Positions 1-12,476 of a stretch of 64,000 nt of DNA are shown here, piece after piece. The notes beneath the pieces are model-generated. The model saw only the letters and a program-made list of their open reading frames with translations. It was not told where the DNA came from and searched no databases. Position 1 is the stretch's first letter. The number at the start of each line of letters is the position of its first letter. The DNA comes from Octopus sinensis. Its lineage: Eukaryota. Location of the stretch: contig NC_043004.1 of the NCBI RefSeq assembly GCF_006345805.1, positions 51,956,001 through 52,020,000 of the forward strand. The letters are read 5' to 3'. The position numbers and the translations under genes are program-made.

Positions 1-24
1 AACGATTCTACCAGGTCGGCACCA

Positions 25-182
<158 letters not shown>

Positions 183-385
183 AGAAGCAAAAAAATACGT
201 TAGAGAAGCAAAAGAAATCACATCATATCCAAAGCTTCACACAAAACCACAAAATGATTTAATAGAAAAAAAAGAGGAAAATAAACATCGAAAAATGCAA
301 AAAGAAACCAAAAAAATATAATCAAACAAATTCAAAGCTACAACAACAACAACATCAACAACAAATGTATAGCAATCCACATTAC

Positions 386-604
386 CATTGTGCGCAACGA
401 AGCGATTTCTTCCCGTAGAGGTTCAATTGCGTGCTGTACAGCGTCATGTATGACCTCAGTAAGGGTTCGAATTAAAGTAGGGTCGACGTCATGTGTTTTA
501 TTCGATGTAGCTTCTGAGTCCGAATTTAAGGTACTAATCCGGTCCCCATCCGACGGTGCATTACTAAGCCACGATATTTTACTCCATCGGTTTGTATTCA
601 TCAT
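386..604 (-). CDS. Possible coding exon or element ORF fragment with coiled-coil-like end
   Basis: Non-repetitive open frame MMNTNRWSKISWLSNAPSDGDRISTLNSDSEATSNKTHDVDPTLIRTLTEVIHDAVQHAIEPLREEIASLRTM followed by a donor-like ATG|GTAATG. No homology recognised. Confidence 0.3.
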
Positions 605-1299
605 TTAATCCGGGTCTTAACGTGTGGAATAGATATCTATCACTTTTAGACGTTTGTGTCTATACATATGTGTGTGTATGTGTGTGTATTTATATATATA
701 ATATTTATGTGTGTGGGTGTGTGTATTTATACATATAATATTTATGTGTGTGTGTGTCTGTGTGTGTGTATCTATGTGTATGCGTGCGTGTGTGCGTGTG
801 TCTGTATATGTAGTGTGAATATATGTGTGTAGGTCTCTGTATATGTATAGATGTTTATCGCTTGTTGATGCTTATTTTTGTCTATGTATGTAAAGGGTTA
901 TATATGTGTGTGTGTGTGCGTACTTGTGTGTGTGTGAGTGTGTGTATGTAGATGTTTCGATTTGGGTCTCTATGTATATATGTCTACACGTATCTGTCGT
1001 TAGATATGTCTACCAGCAGCAGTTTATATTTATGTGTCTCTAGTACACACGTATATACAATGCCCATTATGAGTGAGTGCACGTGTGTGTGCATGTATGA
1101 GAGTGCTTATGTACCTGTGCATGTGCTTGCGTCTGTTCGAGGATATTTTTCTTCGATATGCATGAGCTACGGCGTGTATACGCTCTCGGTATTTTGGTAC
1201 CTCATCCGTATATGCATGTGAATGCGTACGTGTATTTTTTTCTTTAATTATATCTATGTTACTTATTGTCTTCCTTCTACGAAATGTACGCATAAATAC

Positions 1300-1331
<32 letters not shown>

Positions 1332-1351
1332 TAATAATAATAATAATAATG

Positions 1352-1415
<64 letters not shown>

Positions 1416-2670
1416 TGATGATGACGATGATGATGTTGATGGTGTTGATGTTTGTTACCAATTTACTAATTTACTACAGAACAACAAAGAGATTCTTCTC
1501 ACCGTCTTCATCGGTCCTTTCTCATCTTTATCATCATCACCATCACCATTATCAGCATTATCGAGTTCATAATTGTTATTTTGGACATCTTCATCAAACT
1601 CTTCAGCATCAACATCGTCATCTACATCTGTCTATCTCATTAACATTATTATCTTTGGTCTAAGAAAAACAGCTAATGCCATCTACTACCATCCAGTGCA
1701 ATCCAGTATTATTCAGTGTTTATCCACGGACGTTTAACTTTAGCAGTGTGTATATATACATAATACACACATTTTCATACTTAGAAGTCTATGAGCATAT
1801 ATATATATATATATCAACTGTTACTACAAGCGGATTTTACGTTTTGAAGTTACTATGTGTCTAAAGTTATATCCATATAGACTTACGTGAATTTATTTCT
1901 AGATTTTTTAGTGCGTGTACGTATTCATTTTATATATGTAAGCATATGAATTTGTCTATACACTCATTCGTACACAGACATAGAGGCAGTAATTCAAACA
2001 GGCATACGCAAATATATACATAAATATACACCAGTCAAAAAGGTGTATTACAATATATATTCTATATACTCTTCCATCTCGCACATCATCTCTTCCCAAT
2101 ATATATAAATATATATAAATATATATATGTATATATATGTATATTTACATATATCTGTCTCTGTTATCACAGGTTGTATATACATGTGTATGCCATGTGT
2201 ATATCTGTGCTCTTGTGTTTTCTATGGCGATTATATATCTTCTAGCGTGATGTTATATTCGAATTCCTGGTCTTAAGTTCGAATTCTCATGATGGATCAG
2301 TGTTTGACTGGAAGAAGGAAAGAAATTGTCAGAAGTTTTAATAGACATACACATACATTGATGCACGCACCCTCACATATACATGCATACAAACTCATAT
2401 ACTCATATATGTATATATATATACATAGATATATAAACATACATACATACATACATATATATATACATATGTACATACACATATATAGATATACATACAT
2501 ATATATATACATACGTATATATATATATAAATGCATATATATACATATAAATATAAATACATGCATATATATCGACTTATATCTATATATCTATACACAC
2601 ATATATACACATGCATATCTACATATGTGGATACAAACACACATATATATATACATATCTACATATATGA

Positions 2671-2703
<33 letters not shown>

Positions 2704-3263
2704 CATGTATATATATACATATATATATATATTATATAAATATACGTATATATGTGCGCATTATTTATGCATATATATCTATACGTTGTATGCTTATACA
2801 TTTACTTACCTATATACATATACACATACGTATCTGTGTCTGTATTTGTGTGCATGTGTGTGTGTGTGTGTGTGTGTGCATGTCACCTTCCATGAGTATT
2901 AATGTACGTGTGAATATTTTTGCACGAATTATGAGACTGCGTTGCCTAGTAGCTGTTATGATTTATATCACGTGCGTCTTTAGAAGACCGCTGAGCATAT
3001 ACTCGCAAACACATATGACAATGTCACACACACAAAGACGCTCACACATATCTAGACGCAAACATGTGTCCGATTATTAGTTCTGTTTGACTTGCGGCAA
3101 ATAAAGCAGAGTTCTCCATACTGCGGTCGTTATGTATCGATTGATTTTGATAGAATTGCTTTTTGAGTGTTTCTTTAAGTGTGATCTTCAGACAAATATT
3201 GTGCTAGAAATCGGAGGTAGAAACAAATTATTTGTAGCAATTATGCTAACGTAAGATTCAATA

Positions 3264-3558
3264 GGGCGCAGGTATGGCTCTGTGGTTAAAGTGCTTGCTT
3301 CTCGACCGTGCATCCTCGGTTTCTTTCTGTTGCGCGACACCTTAAGCAAATGTATTCTACTATGGCATCTGGCGGACACAAGAATTGTGAGTGGACTTGG
3401 TAAACGGAAACTGAGATAAGAGTGTCTTATACGTACATACACACATACATACATATATATATAAAGATAGGTATATGAAAATTTATACATACATATATAT
3501 ATATATATAGCAATATATACATATATATAATACATATATATATAAATATATAATATAT

Positions 3559-3595
<37 letters not shown>

Positions 3596-3674
3596 AAGAT
3601 ATGTATATGTAAATTTATACATACCTATATATCATCTATATATCTATCTATACCTATGTATATATATATATAAT

Positions 3675-3722
<48 letters not shown>

Positions 3723-3831
3723 CAATATATATGTTTATATATATATAGCAATATATATATATTTACTGATATGTATATGTAAATTTATACATACGTATAT
3801 ACATCTATCTATCTATCTATCTATCTATCTC

Positions 3832-3863
<32 letters not shown>

Positions 3864-4168
3864 CCTATCTATCTCACTCTCTCTCTCTCTCTCTCTCTCT
3901 GTATATATATATATATATATGTGTGTATACACACACACCCATATGCCAGTGTATGTGGGCGTGTGACCGTATTTTCTCCCTACCATTGCATGTCCACTGC
4001 TGTTTTGTCTACGTACCCGTAACGTAGCACTTCAGCAACGTAGAGTAAGTACCAGATTTCAAATAAATGGCAGTACTGGCGTCGATTTGTTCGACTATAC
4101 CGCTCCATTCCGGTGCTCCAGCATGGTCAAAATCCAAAGACAGAGACACAAATGTTAAAAGATATAAG
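3264..4168 (+). mobile_element. Old SINE family B copy with ~500-bp internal microsatellite expansion
   Basis: Diverged head at 3264-3435 and diverged tail at 3975-4168 (ggtgctccagcatgg) separated by (TA)/(CTAT)/(CT) tracts. Confidence 0.6.
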
Positions 4169-4667
4169 ATGCGGTTTCACTCTGATTTTCCTTTTCATCG
4201 CATCATTCTCTTCAAGGTAGATCAAAATCAGATTTTACGAAGATGGAATGAAGAAGTACATATCGCTACTAAATTGCACTTATTAACAAAACCGGAAGTA
4301 TTGCGGGTCAGCAAAAGAAATCGACAGATGCACTAAGGCAAAAACGAAAGAGCCATGCATAACTCCCAAAAATGGTTTACTGAGGATATATGCTGATACA
4401 AGTCAGTATCATTCTGTGATCATTTTGTCTTTTTTTCTTTTGTCCGTTTAAGATATAAACCTCCCGTTTTTTATCTTGTTTTTTGACTGACTTGCGGGTA
4501 TTTTGGGGTTTTGAAAATAAAGTTGTTTATTATTGTTATTATTATTATCGCTGCTGTTTTTGTCGTATTTTTTGTTGTTATTGTTGTCGTTGTTATTATT
4601 ATTATTGTTATTATCATTATTATTATTATTATTGATAATAATAATAATAATAATAATAATATTGCCC

Positions 4668-4790
4668 ACCACCGGCAGAATCTTTGGAGCGTCGGATAAA
4701 TGCTTAGCAATATTTCTTCCGGCCATTCTATGTTCTGAATTCAAAGGCCACTGAGCTTTTAAGTTTGCCCGTTAAATTTCAGATTCGATA
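4668..4790 (+). mobile_element. Decayed SINE family C head
   Basis: ggcagaatc...aaatgcttagc...ttctgaattcaa. Confidence 0.55.
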
Positions 4791-4969
4791 AAATATAGTG
4801 CCACACAATTTCAATGATGTTAACTAACTCCTTCACCCTTTACCTATATAAGAAAGCATTTTTTCCCGCAGAGTATACAACACAAGTTTTTGTTGTTTTC
4901 TATTCAAAGTAGCTGTGTAAACTAAGCGAAATGGTTATTGCTAATGTTTCTCTCAAGAAGAAATTTGAC

Positions 4970-6050
4970 GTACTTTCGCGTCCGTCTTTATTTCGAACCG
5001 TTCCAGGTGTAGTAATGCTCCGATTGCAGGTGTTATAGCAGTTTTGCTGCTACGCATTTGTATATTCTTGGATTCGGTGTATTTCAAGAACTCTTATCTA
5101 CTTTTTTGCGCAATGTTTTTGTTTGAGTGAAAATTGTGACGTCTTTGATAAGGCATTTTATTTTTTATGTTTAATATCATATAATAGTATCTTGTCTGTT
5201 GCGTTTAACGACTCTGCTAGTCTAGATGTCAAGATCCCATACAATTGTTGGTTTACCAGGTTCCTTTAGAGTCTTTTCTGCTACGTGATTATAGCACCTG
5301 CCTGAAGTTTTGTACACTTATATATCATAAAGTAACCAGCGCAAGTTGTGAGAAATATCATGATGTTACTTGTATTATTTTTGAGCTAGAATTTTGCAAC
5401 CTGCTTCAATATTATCTATATTTCCCACCGGGTGATTACACAGGAGGCATTTATTCTTTGTAACTTTAAAATAAACATCGTTTTTCACTGAATTAGCATT
5501 TAGATCTTTATCTGAGCAGCCACCAACAAATTATTCATGTCTCCCTCTACATATGCATTACACAAGTTCTCCTACGATGAGTTATGGTATTTCATATTTT
5601 CGAGGTTTTTGTGGAACCACCCGTGCAACAGCATTCTTTCTTGTGATTTTTTTCTGTTTCACAAGTTAACTTTCTAATTCCATTACAACACAAGTAGTTC
5701 TCTGTTTACAAAGTAAAAGTCTATCCTACTTCCCTCACCTTTGACAAAATCAGAAATGCTAAGTCTTCTTTCTCCTATCTTGTGTTTGGTGTATAAACGA
5801 TTAAATTTTGCATTTGGGTGAAGCAGTCCATGTATAAGTGAAGCTTTACTCATTTTACTGTGTATCTATTTCATCAGTCGTCTAAATTAATATTCTAGCA
5901 CTAAAACACGAAGAAAATCACGCATGCGTTGATCACATTAACCAAAGCCCTTGAATTATACTTGAACTTCAAACAAATTTTCATCCTTTGAAATATATTA
6001 TCTCCACTTTTCCTAAATTTCTTAATATGTAAATAATACCATTGTGCTCT
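4970..6050 (-). mobile_element. Decayed R4/Dong-like LINE 3' region
   Basis: Minus-strand translation with stops and shifts gives HGLLHPNAKFNRLY, LHGWF, LLVAAQ, KCLLCNH...EAGCKILAQK, TIVWDLDI...KRNRQD, KCLIKDVTI and PAIGAL, colinear with the C-terminus of the 33-37 kb element. Left boundary of homology is approximate. Confidence 0.8.
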
Positions 6051-6307
6051 AGTATACTAAGTTACTTTTATTCATTACTATCAGGAGCTAAAATCCACCC
6101 TCCGGATTGGTAGCTGAAACACGTTATCAGTGTCACCGCAGTACAAATTTACTGTTCTAACAATTAAATTGATCTTTTTTATCCACTCTATAAGTAACGT
6201 TAAGTAATTTATGAAGAATAGTTGATTTACAGGTGGTAGTTTACAGGTGCGAGAGAAACAACACAATTCACTGGGAAGACAACCTTATCAACGACGGTAT
6301 TCCCCAC

Positions 6308-6531
6308 AACTGGCAGAAAGGTTAGCATGCCGGGCGAAATGCGTAGCCGTATTTCGTCTGTCTTTATGTTCTGAGTTCAAATTCTGCCGAGGTCGACTTT
6401 GCCTTTCATCATCTCGCGATCGATAAATTAAGTACCAGTTACGCACTGGGGTCGATGTAATTGACTTAATACCTATGTCTGTCCTTGTTTGACCTGTTTA
6501 TGTTTAGACCCTTGTGGGTAGTAAAGAAATA
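6308..6531 (+). mobile_element. tRNA-derived SINE family C with 12-bp flanking direct repeat
   Basis: tggcagaaaggttagc A box, gagttcaaattc B box; ggtattccccac at 6296-6307 and 6532-6543. Confidence 0.88.
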
Positions 6532-7240
6532 GGTATTCCCCACTGATTTCATGTTCACAATAAAATTCGCTTTTAACAGTTTGTCTTGGTAACACTGTCT
6601 TCGTGATGTTTTCAGTTATGCAAAATATTATTGATCATAATTGGCATAACTCAAAACATATATTCATATATACGTATTCACACATATAAACTCGGTTTCC
6701 TATCATGAGATAGTGGATTGGACACCAGGTCAAGGCGAGGTGTTGTGTCCCTGAGTAACGCACATCAATTCCCATTATTGCAGTTTATTTAGCTGAAAAT
6801 ATGAGGCGCAGTTCTCTTCTGTAGCTGTCACATTGTAGCATCATTACGGTATGTCAGTAGCGTGGATGACAAGATGAAGCGTATAATCTGCTCGCTGCTA
6901 CAAATGAACCTAAATCTTTTTGAAAAGCGCACACACACACAGACACACAGACACACACAATAATATGTAAATATTGGGTCGAAAATCTTCCTTTGATAGA
7001 AAAGTGCCTACCATTTATCTATCCAATATTTACAGTATATTATTTATAGCTTTATGTGTACTTCGAGACGAATATTCCAAACAGAATTAAATTTACGTTC
7101 TATTGAAAGATTATAAAATTTTCATGACGTCAACACACACACGAGCTTGCGAGCACATAGAACATACAGACATACATATATATGTATGTGTATGTGTGTG
7201 TATCTATATATATATATATATAATATATTATATATATATA

Positions 7241-7325
<85 letters not shown>

Positions 7326-7814
7326 TATATATACATATTATATATATATATTATATATATATATATAGTACATTATATATAATATAAAATAGTATAATAA
7401 ATACATATGTACAAACCTACAAAGCCAGACACAAATGTACAAATATAGAAAAGCATTTTACCCGCCAATATCGCATCTATCTCTATTGAACTCGTCCACT
7501 TAATGCTTATTAACAGTCTAACTACAAACGCTAATTGGAGATGTTGTTTGTGATGGTGGGGGTGGGGTGGATAGAGGATAATATAGTTATTGACTGTGTT
7601 GGTTTTGATAGAGCAGCGGTGGAGAAGTAGCGTAGACTGAGACCGCTAGTTGCTGTCGAAATAGTAAACGAATATAGGTTAGGTGGAGAGCTTCGGTTCG
7701 AGCGAATGGCGGGGTGTCGGTATGGACGGATGGGGATGTTACCGATGAAAATGATGCTGATATTGATGAAGGTGATGAGGGTGAGGATAATGATGATGAT
7801 GAGGAGGATGAAGA

Positions 7815-7848
<34 letters not shown>

Positions 7849-8929
7849 GGTGGTGGTGGTACAGGTGGTGGAAGTAAAAGCGATGAGGATGATGATGAGG
7901 GTGGTTATGATGGCTATAACGTTGATGGTAGTGATGTAAATGACGAGACGGAGGTAGAGGAAGTTTTTGCTGGTGGTGCTGGTGGCGTTGGTTCGTGCAG
8001 GGGATGATAATGATGATGATGGTAACGACGACAACGACGACGACGATGTCGATGATATGATGAAGCGGGTTAATGTAATATATTCATGTCGAGTCTGTTC
8101 TTCAGATATAAGCTACTACAAAGTCCACTGTAATTTTAACAAGTTAGATACAGTATCGATAATTGAAGTTTATTGATAATATTTCACATTATCATCCGTT
8201 TGCGATGGTGTTATCTTCATAATCAACCATACATATATGCGCGCCCGTGTGCACACACACACACACACAATACACGCACACGCATATTTACATACATATG
8301 CACACATACTATTATACTTACTTGCATATAAAAATATCATTAGATGCACATGCAAGTATATATGTATACATACCTACATACACACACACGCACACACACA
8401 CACACACACACACAACACACACACACATATGAATATATGTTTACGTATATATTTCTCTAATGATAATTTTTACAAATACATGTGCACACAAAGACTCGGG
8501 CGCGCACAGACACACACAGACATACACACATATCTATGTATATATTTGTTTATGTAAGTTTATAGAAATGAGTATCAACATTTGGATGATTGTGGATATG
8601 TATGCAAACAAATATGTCAAAGAACCAGCCACCAGAGACGAATACTTTATGTGACTTGCAAAGAACATTGGTGGCCCTATCATTTCTTACAATATTCTGA
8701 CACAGAAAATTATACATACAGATGCGACTTACATACATACATACATGCATACATACATACATGCATACATACATACATACATACATACATACATACATAC
8801 ATACATGCATACATACATACATACATACATACATACATACATACAAACATACATACATGCACACATACATACATACATACATACATACATACATAGCAGG
8901 TCATACATACATACATACATACATACATC

Positions 8930-8962
<33 letters not shown>

Positions 8963-8976
8963 GTATATATATATAT

Positions 8977-9037
<61 letters not shown>

Positions 9038-9078
9038 CGCCATAGAGATCGCCATGTTGATTCGTTAGCTACTGCACG

Positions 9079-9257
9079 CATTTTTTTCTCTCCTTCTTTC
9101 TGGTGTTTTTCTCTCTCTGTGTATCTTTCTGTTGAAGAGCGTAGGCTCGAAACGTTAAAGACTTGTTTTATTTATATTTCCTGAGCGCCTACTAATACAA
9201 TTGTTCGTTTGTTTTCCACCTGCCTTCGTCTTTTGTTTATTTTCATAAAGCTTCCCG
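9079..9257 (+). mobile_element. Penelope-type terminal repeat fragment with minimal hammerhead-like motif
   Basis: TCTTT CTGTTGA A GAGC GTAG GCTC GAAAC GTT AAAGA at 9124-9161; homologous to 30561-30730; ends at (TA)n. Confidence 0.7.
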
Positions 9258-9258
9258 T

Positions 9259-9344
<86 letters not shown>

Positions 9345-9435
9345 CTATATATATATATATATATATATATAGATAGATAGATGATGATAGATAGATAGAT
9401 AGATAGATAGAGAATAGAAAGATAGATAGATAGAT

Positions 9436-9485
<50 letters not shown>

Positions 9486-10099
9486 GATATCATACAAAAT
9501 GGGACATGAGCGCAAAATATCTGAACATTTAGATGATACAAAAATGGGACAACAAAACATCCAGATAGACGATACAAGAAAAAGGTTGGTCATTCGAAGT
9601 CTTTTTTCCTCAGTCGAGTACCAGATTATCTTCGCAATTTCGGCTGACATCACTAAAGTGTCAAAAGGCACTAGTCAGGACTAGTACTGCTAGAAATAAG
9701 GGTCAAAACAACTCAATAGGCCACAGGACGCTCTATCTTAATGACTGACAAGGGAGGCAAGCTCCCTACGGCAGCAGATATAACCAGATCATCATATTTT
9801 GATGATTACGCATCTTAATGGACATCGGTGAATCTCACAGCGCCTATGGTTAAACTCAGCTTGATTTGTTAGTTTCTGGTGAAGTCATACGCTGAATTCA
9901 TACATAGTAAAAGTGAATCTTGCCAGTCATAAAGATAGTGTGTTCTGTGGCTATCTTCAGAACACACTATCAGAGTGAAAACTCTTATATCTAGCAATAA
10001 TTACTGATGCCTGTTAGTACCTTTGTTCACTTTAGTGACGTATATATTTCTGCCTTTACGAACTAAGCGACCCATATGCTATATATATATATATATATG

Positions 10100-10132
<33 letters not shown>

Positions 10133-10499
10133 ATGTATGTATGTATGTATTTTTGTATATATATATGTATTGTTGTGCATCTCGGATGTTTTTATTTTTT
10201 GCCAAATAAAAACTTCCACTATATATTTGTTCTTCACTTGTTTATTACTGTTCTTCTTTTTTTTTATATATATATTTTAGCTCATGTCCATTGTCCGGAA
10301 ACCTTTGGTCATACGTCTGTGACCTCTTCATATTTGCGTGTGCTCTTGCTCCACTTATTCCATTCTGTTCTTCTAAGATGTGCATCCTTATGCGCACATG
10401 TGTTTGCGTCCGTGTGTGTATGTGTGTGCGTTAGAAGTTTTAAGAAACACATCTTTACTTCATTTGTTCCTTACACACGTTTCAACACCGTGGTAACTT

Positions 10500-10981
10500 G
10501 CAACCTTTGGATATTCCTAGTAGGATATGCTGAATTACAAAACACCACAATCCTCATGCACAAGCTGATTAATTTCCTTTACATTTCCGGGGCTGACTCA
10601 CGTAGCAGGTCTTCCAGATAGCTCATCGCCCTCCAAGGACGTTCCTTCGCTTTTGAAGCGCCCGTGCCACTCGAAACATTGTGTACGACCCATTCACTCA
10701 TCACCGTAAGCTTTGTCGAAGCATGTTCAATGTCTCTGTAGCAGTCTTCCCACGTTTAACGCCAAATTTCATGTTGGCCCTTCCATTTTGCCCTCCATGG
10801 CAAAATCGCTCAGCACAGCTTATACGTGATCACGAAAACAACTGGCGAAGTAAACACAACGATGTCAAACGACACGCAGTCTTATAAAGATCAGTGCTAG
10901 CACACATTGCGCACACAATCGTATGCGGCTATCTGTTAGCGTGCTACAGAACTAGACCGGAAGCTTCGTGATATCCCCTTG
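10500..10981 (-). mobile_element. Mariner transposon 5' remnant (different subfamily)
   Basis: Minus strand TA|caaggggatatcacgaagcttccgg TIR-like end; decayed RANMKFGVKRGKTATETLNML...GRTQCFEWHGRFKS...SLEGDELSGRPA (HTH region of a mariner transposase). Confidence 0.85.
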
Positions 10982-11029
10982 TAACTTGTAATATATTATG
11001 AGTGCATAGTGAAATACGGCATCCCTACA

Positions 11030-11198
11030 ATGCAGGGGTTCTGCAAGAAGTTACAAAACTGCTAAAATCGGCAGTAATTTTTAAGTCGTCTGTGCAGATA
11101 TGTGTGCATGAGACTATTAAATTATTGCACAGGGGTTCCTCGAGACAGTGGAATGTTTCCTTGGGGTTCCGCTCCAGCAAAAAGTTTGAAAAGCACTG
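11030..11198. mobile_element. hAT (Charlie-like) non-autonomous element end
   Basis: ggggttcc blocks and terminus aaaaagtttgaaaagcactg, the reverse complement of a CAGTG.TT.TCAAAC-type TIR. Confidence 0.55.
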
Positions 11199-11703
11199 CT
11201 AGAAATAATTAATATTCGGTAATGATCTAAATTTCTCAGCATTACACAAACACTTGCACTATTTACTTACTCCTCAAAATCAGAGATAAACAGGATTCTT
11301 CATTTGAGATATTTGTAATCGAGGTAAAGCCCATGTGACTTTCATTTTGAAATTATAGATTTTCAAAAAATACACTAGCATTATGTTCGTTTTCTGTCCC
11401 TCGAGGTTTCGAAATACATTTATTCGACATGTACCCGTGCCCCTAGGCGTGTATGTGTATGTACATGTGTGTATGTATGTATGTATATATATATATATAT
11501 ATATAACAATGATAAATATCAAAGTGAGTTATATACAGTAGCGGTAACACATCGTGACGTATTTTTGCCATTTCAATATGGCTAACCCCTAAGGTGGATG
11601 CTACTGTAGTTTTTAGCCCCAGGAGGACACTCCTCCAGCTGGCCATAGACACACTATCTGTGTCCTGTCAGTATTTGCAAAGGGAAGTCATCCTTCCCGT
11701 CTT

Positions 11704-11772
11704 CAACTTATGATACACACGGACTCGAGTTGCGAGGTATTGACCCTCGTCAGCGTGTGACAATCATAGTTG
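11704..11772 (-). ncRNA. Type I hammerhead ribozyme (unit 1)
   Basis: Minus strand reads caactatgattgt CACACG CTGACGA gggtcaatacctc GCAAC TCGA GTC CGTGTG tatcataagttg. Helix I is a perfect 6 bp plus distal TATGAT/ATCATA and CAAC/GTTG pairing. GAAA reads GCAA and helix II has two 1-nt deletions relative to unit 2. Confidence 0.75.
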
Positions 11773-12053
11773 TCGCCAAGAATTAGATTTCCTTCACAAA
11801 TACTTATACTTTTTCCAGCGCCCACTGTCGCTGATATTGAAAAAGTGAAATCAAACAATGATAAATATCAAAGTGATTTATATACAGTAGCGGTAACACA
11901 TCGTGACGTATTTTTGCCATTTCAATATGGCTAACCCCTAAGGGTGGATGCTACTGTAGTTTTTAGCCCCAGGAGGACACACTCCTCCAGCTGGCCATAG
12001 ACACACTATCTGTGTCCTGTCAGTATTTGCAAGGGAAGTCATCCTTCCGTCTT

Positions 12054-12123
12054 CAACTTATGATACACACGACTCGAGTTTCGAGGTAATTGACCTCTCG
12101 TCAGCGTGTAACAATCATAGTTG
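12054..12123 (-). ncRNA. Type I hammerhead ribozyme (unit 2)
   Basis: Minus strand reads caactatgattgttacacg CTGACGA GAGGT caatt ACCTC GAAAC TCGA GTC gtgtgtatcataagttg. Core and GUC site are intact, helix II is 5 bp, helix III is the palindrome ACTCGAGT. It lacks the first C of the helix I 3' strand that unit 1 has. Confidence 0.85.
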
Positions 12124-12386
12124 TCGCCGAGAATTAGATTTCCTTCACAAATACTATACTTTTTCCAGCGCCCACTGTCGCTGATATTGAAAAAGTGAAA
12201 TCAAACACTGATAATATCAAAGTGAGTTATATACAGTAGCGGTAACACATCGTGACGTATTTTTGCCATTTCAATATGGCTAACCCCTAAGGGTGGATGC
12301 TACTGTAGTTTTTAGCCCCAGGAGGACACACTCCTCCAGCTGGCCATAGACACACTATCTGTGTCCTGTCAGTATTTGCAAAGGGA

Positions 12387-12469
12387 AGTGTGTCCTCCTG
12401 GGGCTAAAAACTACAGTAGCATCCAGCCTTAGGGGTTAGCCATATTGAAATGGCAAAAATACGTCACGA
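12387..12469 (+). repeat. 83-bp inverted copy of part of the retrozyme unit
   Basis: Near-exact reverse complement of 12250-12332; 3-nt AGT microhomology at the junction (12387-12389). Confidence 0.9.
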
Positions 12470-12476
12470 ATATATA

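Larger units (their letters stand above)
11505..12389 (-). mobile_element. ~350-bp tandem repeat (2.5 units) carrying type I hammerhead ribozymes; putative non-LTR retrozyme
   Basis: Units 11505-11853 (349 bp), 11854-12203 (350 bp) and partial 12204-12389 are near-identical, differing mostly by 1-nt indels. Each full unit has a hammerhead on the minus strand. The left end abuts (TA)n. Confidence 0.85.

Noticed and set aside
1504-1650. Acidic minus-strand exon candidate (DVDDDVDAEEFDEDVQ...) with acceptor and donor-like sites
   Set aside because: From the good acceptor the acidic frame contains a stop (needs a 1-nt shift), and the sequence grades into (GAT)/(AAT) repeats.
2289-3080. 263-aa ORF and the many other Y/I/H/T/C/V/M-rich ORFs in the track
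   Set aside because: Translations of (TA)n, (CA)n and (CATA)n tracts, which lack stop codons in some frames.
7541-8070. Asp/Glu/Gly-rich ORF (+) and Ser/Thr/Ile-rich ORF (-)
   Set aside because: Decayed (GAT)/(GGT) trinucleotide mosaic; frames are bounded by nearby stops, with no convincing splice sites or recognisable domain.
11505-12389. CRISPR array or simple satellite interpretation of the 350-bp tandem
   Set aside because: No repeat-spacer alternation and eukaryotic context; the conserved ribozyme fold argues against a featureless satellite.
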